Source: Camelus ferus (lineage: Eukaryota). Taken from it: a DNA stretch of 64,000 nucleotides. The notes beneath the pieces were generated by a model, which did not search any database, was not told where the DNA came from, and worked only from the letters and a program-made list of their open reading frames with translations. The stretch covers positions 28,706,001-28,770,000 of the forward strand of contig NC_045711.1 of NCBI RefSeq assembly GCF_009834535.1, given 5' to 3'. Position 1 is the stretch's first letter. Each line of letters begins with the position of its first letter. Below are positions 61,521-64,000 of this stretch, piece by piece. The translations under genes were made by a program, and so were the position numbers.

Positions 61521-64000
61521 CCCTCTTCAAGGCCAAAGCAGATGCACCAGGCATGTCCAAAGGGCCATAAAACAGGCCGCTTCGTTCAGTCAAGTTCAAG
61601 TTAAACAATGTATAAGCGAGAATGACTTCCCCGTACCTCAATTTGTGCAGACTTTTGCATCATTTCCCCTTCTGATGGCAAATCTTTCACCAGAAAGCAC
61701 TGATGATCAGAATAGCTGTCCCTCCACGCTGGGCAGGTGACTCCTGCCGCAGGTTCAGATCGCGGCCCTGGGTGCTGGGCCTCCTTTGTATTTGCTGAGT
61801 TATCCTCGTCGGGGGGTAAATCTATTCAGATGTCGCGAACAGGGTCAGGGGTATGTTAATGGGGAAACACTTCACAGGCCATACATTTTATCACTTATAC
61901 CCAATTGTTGCACGAGCACTGCCCACGTGCCTTTAGTAGTGGACTTAGAGCAAGCAGTGAGACACATCCTGAGTAGTTACACTCTCTAACACCTCCATCA
62001 GAGAATTCTCTTTCTATCCTAAACTTTGGAGGCAACCGTGTGGCTTAAAATAAAACAGTAACTGTCAGCACTGATGGGGAGACAGACATTGGACAAACAA
62101 TTCAATTAGAAAATGTAGATTAAAAGCCAGTAATATTTCAGAGCAAAACCAAAAAATTGCCACCCCTCTCACCAGTTTACTCAATCCTATGTAATTAATC
62201 CTTTTTACTAGCAGTTTTACGAAATCAGTTTTCATTAGAACTTTTAAAATCTTACCCAGCTCAGCATGATTCAAAAGAAATCTTACTTGTCAGAAAGTTC
62301 TTTTTGTGAATCTTATTGAAGATGAAGCAGTTTTGCAAAGCGTGAGGTTAACTGTCTATGAAGGACAAAAGACTTAAAAAGGCAAGGTTAAAGATCTGGT
62401 TACAACGTTTTGGACAAAGAAGCTTAATCGTATCGCTGTGGTGTACAACATTGTAAGATAACAACTAGAATTATGACTGATAGCATTATACCGGGACAAA
62501 TCTAAATTTCAGAAACCTTAAATAATTTCCAGAATGCCTATATTAACATTTATCTGTACCATATCGTTTTGAGGAGACTTATCGCTCATTTGACAATGAT
62601 TCCCATGTAATTCAACAACCAGACAATCCTAGTTAGTTTAATATTTTTCTGAGCTGTCTCAGGGGTCCTCTGACGCATGCCCAAATCAGCGGGAGTCAAA
62701 AGAACTTTGCTTAGAATTTGATAGGAAGTTTGTCAACGACATCAAACAGTTTCACACAGTCTGTTACCAGAAGCACTGTTACTCCAGGCAAGTAAACTTG
62801 TTCTCTTAACAGAGGAACCACATCTGGTCCCGCACCAGTCTTCTTTTAACAACAAAACCCATTTACCAACTTACGGTTAACCCAATCTCAGCCCCACCAC
62901 GCACAATACTCCTGTTTCAGGGCTCCCCTTCCACAAATTTTCCACAACTTTCCGTATCCATATTAGTTTGTCCCTTATTTTTTTTTTTCCATCTAGAAAC
63001 AACCCAGCTTTAGAGCAAAAACTTTTTTTTTTAACTCAAAACATATAACCTGCTTTCCTACTGTGTACTGAAATGGTTCCTTTATTATTTTGAGTAGCTT
63101 TAATGACATACATAAATTAGAATCCTCAACTCTAAAAATGTTTAATTTCTAGTGAAAATAAAGAAGCAAATGTGAACTATCTTTTACAGGAGCCTATAGA
63201 CTGGCAAATATAAATACCAATAATAATTTCTAAAAACATGTGCTTTTTATAGAAAAATCTCAGTGTGCCACCAAACATTTAATAATAATCCTAAACCACT
63301 TTAGTTTCTCTGTAAAGGGAAGACAATGCTCAATAAATAATGTTCCAGTATCTTATTTTGTTTGGGAATGACCCACCTGAGTAAAAATTTCCATTATTTA
63401 ACTTAAGCACAACTCTAAACTTTCAAGTTACCAGGTACCTGGAGAGATTATTTTTAAGTAGACATTCCTAAAACAGAATTATTTCCAATGAGTTCCAAAA
63501 AGTCTTAGGTTATCTGCATTTAACTTACTTTTAAGAACGTTGCATTGCCAAGTTAATTTGTTTTTTCTTTCTGACAAACTCTGCAAAAGAAACTTGAACC
63601 TACTGACCCTCAGTAAACCCAGGGACACTAAAAGCCACGTCTGTGCTGATTACACCAACAAGCTTACGCTAGCTTTCATATCAGATGTTAATTTAATATT
63701 GAATATTCCCTAGCTCACATGAGCCTAAAGTTTATTGTAGTAAGCAATTACAAATGAAATGCATCTAAGTATAAAAGGAGCTAACTTTTAAGTCGATTAA
63801 ATAGAGATTTCACATGTTAATTTTTACCTAAAGACAGAACCAGAGATCTCAGTTTTTCTGCCTGAATATAAAAAAAACCTTTTTCTTTGAGAGCCCAGGT
63901 AGATGATTTACATCTCAAAGGCACAGGAAGAGAAATGCAAGTTCCTCCTCTACTGACTTATACAAAACCCAGTCATCTTGGCTATTTCCAGGGATTTTTT
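61521..64000 (-). mobile_element. ERV1-class (MER4-group-like, non-autonomous) internal region, cut by the window edge
   Basis: Characteristic antisense text, e.g. caatcctatgtaattaatcc...tttcattagaacttttaaaatcttacccag...cttacttgtcagaaagttc...gaagatgaagcagttttgcaaagc and gatgatttacatctcaaaggcacaggaagagaaatgcaag; no long ORFs. Confidence 0.75.

Noticed and set aside
61049-61570. 173-aa ORF and overlapping ORFs on both strands
   Set aside because: They overlap the GC-rich LTR and MER94, where stop codons are rare; no gag, pol, env or host-protein motifs.
1-64000. Remaining 60-130 aa ORFs in the track; CRISPR, rRNA or operon-like systems
   Set aside because: The ORFs are low-complexity, repeat-derived or start at non-ATG codons, as expected in mammalian non-coding DNA; no repeat-spacer array or rRNA similarity was seen.

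Overview
Mammalian genomic DNA, most likely a camelid (camel, llama or alpaca). The evidence is two tRNA-Ala-derived vic-1-type SINEs, cetartiodactyl-type L1 3' UTRs, and no recognisable Alu, Bov-tA/BovB or PRE-1. The window looks intronic or upstream of a large gene. It is full of transposable-element fossils (L2, MIR, MER5/MER20/MER58/MER94, MLT1, LTR33, old L1M), recent L1 3' ends, one young 2-kb L1 with a near-intact ORF2 C-terminal half, and an ERV1-class provirus (3' LTR plus internal region) that runs off the right edge. No complete host gene is present and no gene symbol can be assigned. The most interesting non-repeat signal is a set of minus-strand candidate exons with good splice sites (43858-43906, 28767-28839, 24400-24533, 10126-10160, 1008-1071), ending at a strong acceptor at bases 5-40. 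Three of them join into one open frame (MYPYNLARIRVLNTTYKTKSR-WIKSSTPVMNC-DS...). Other highlights are a probable ancient RTE-clade LINE fossil, a twin-primed inverted L1, two sites hit repeatedly by L1/SINE insertions, and N-runs whose lengths match the missing L1 sequence, exactly so in the young L1. Repeat family names and boundaries come from recalled consensus sequences compared by eye and are approximate. No rRNA, functional tRNA or CRISPR array is seen.
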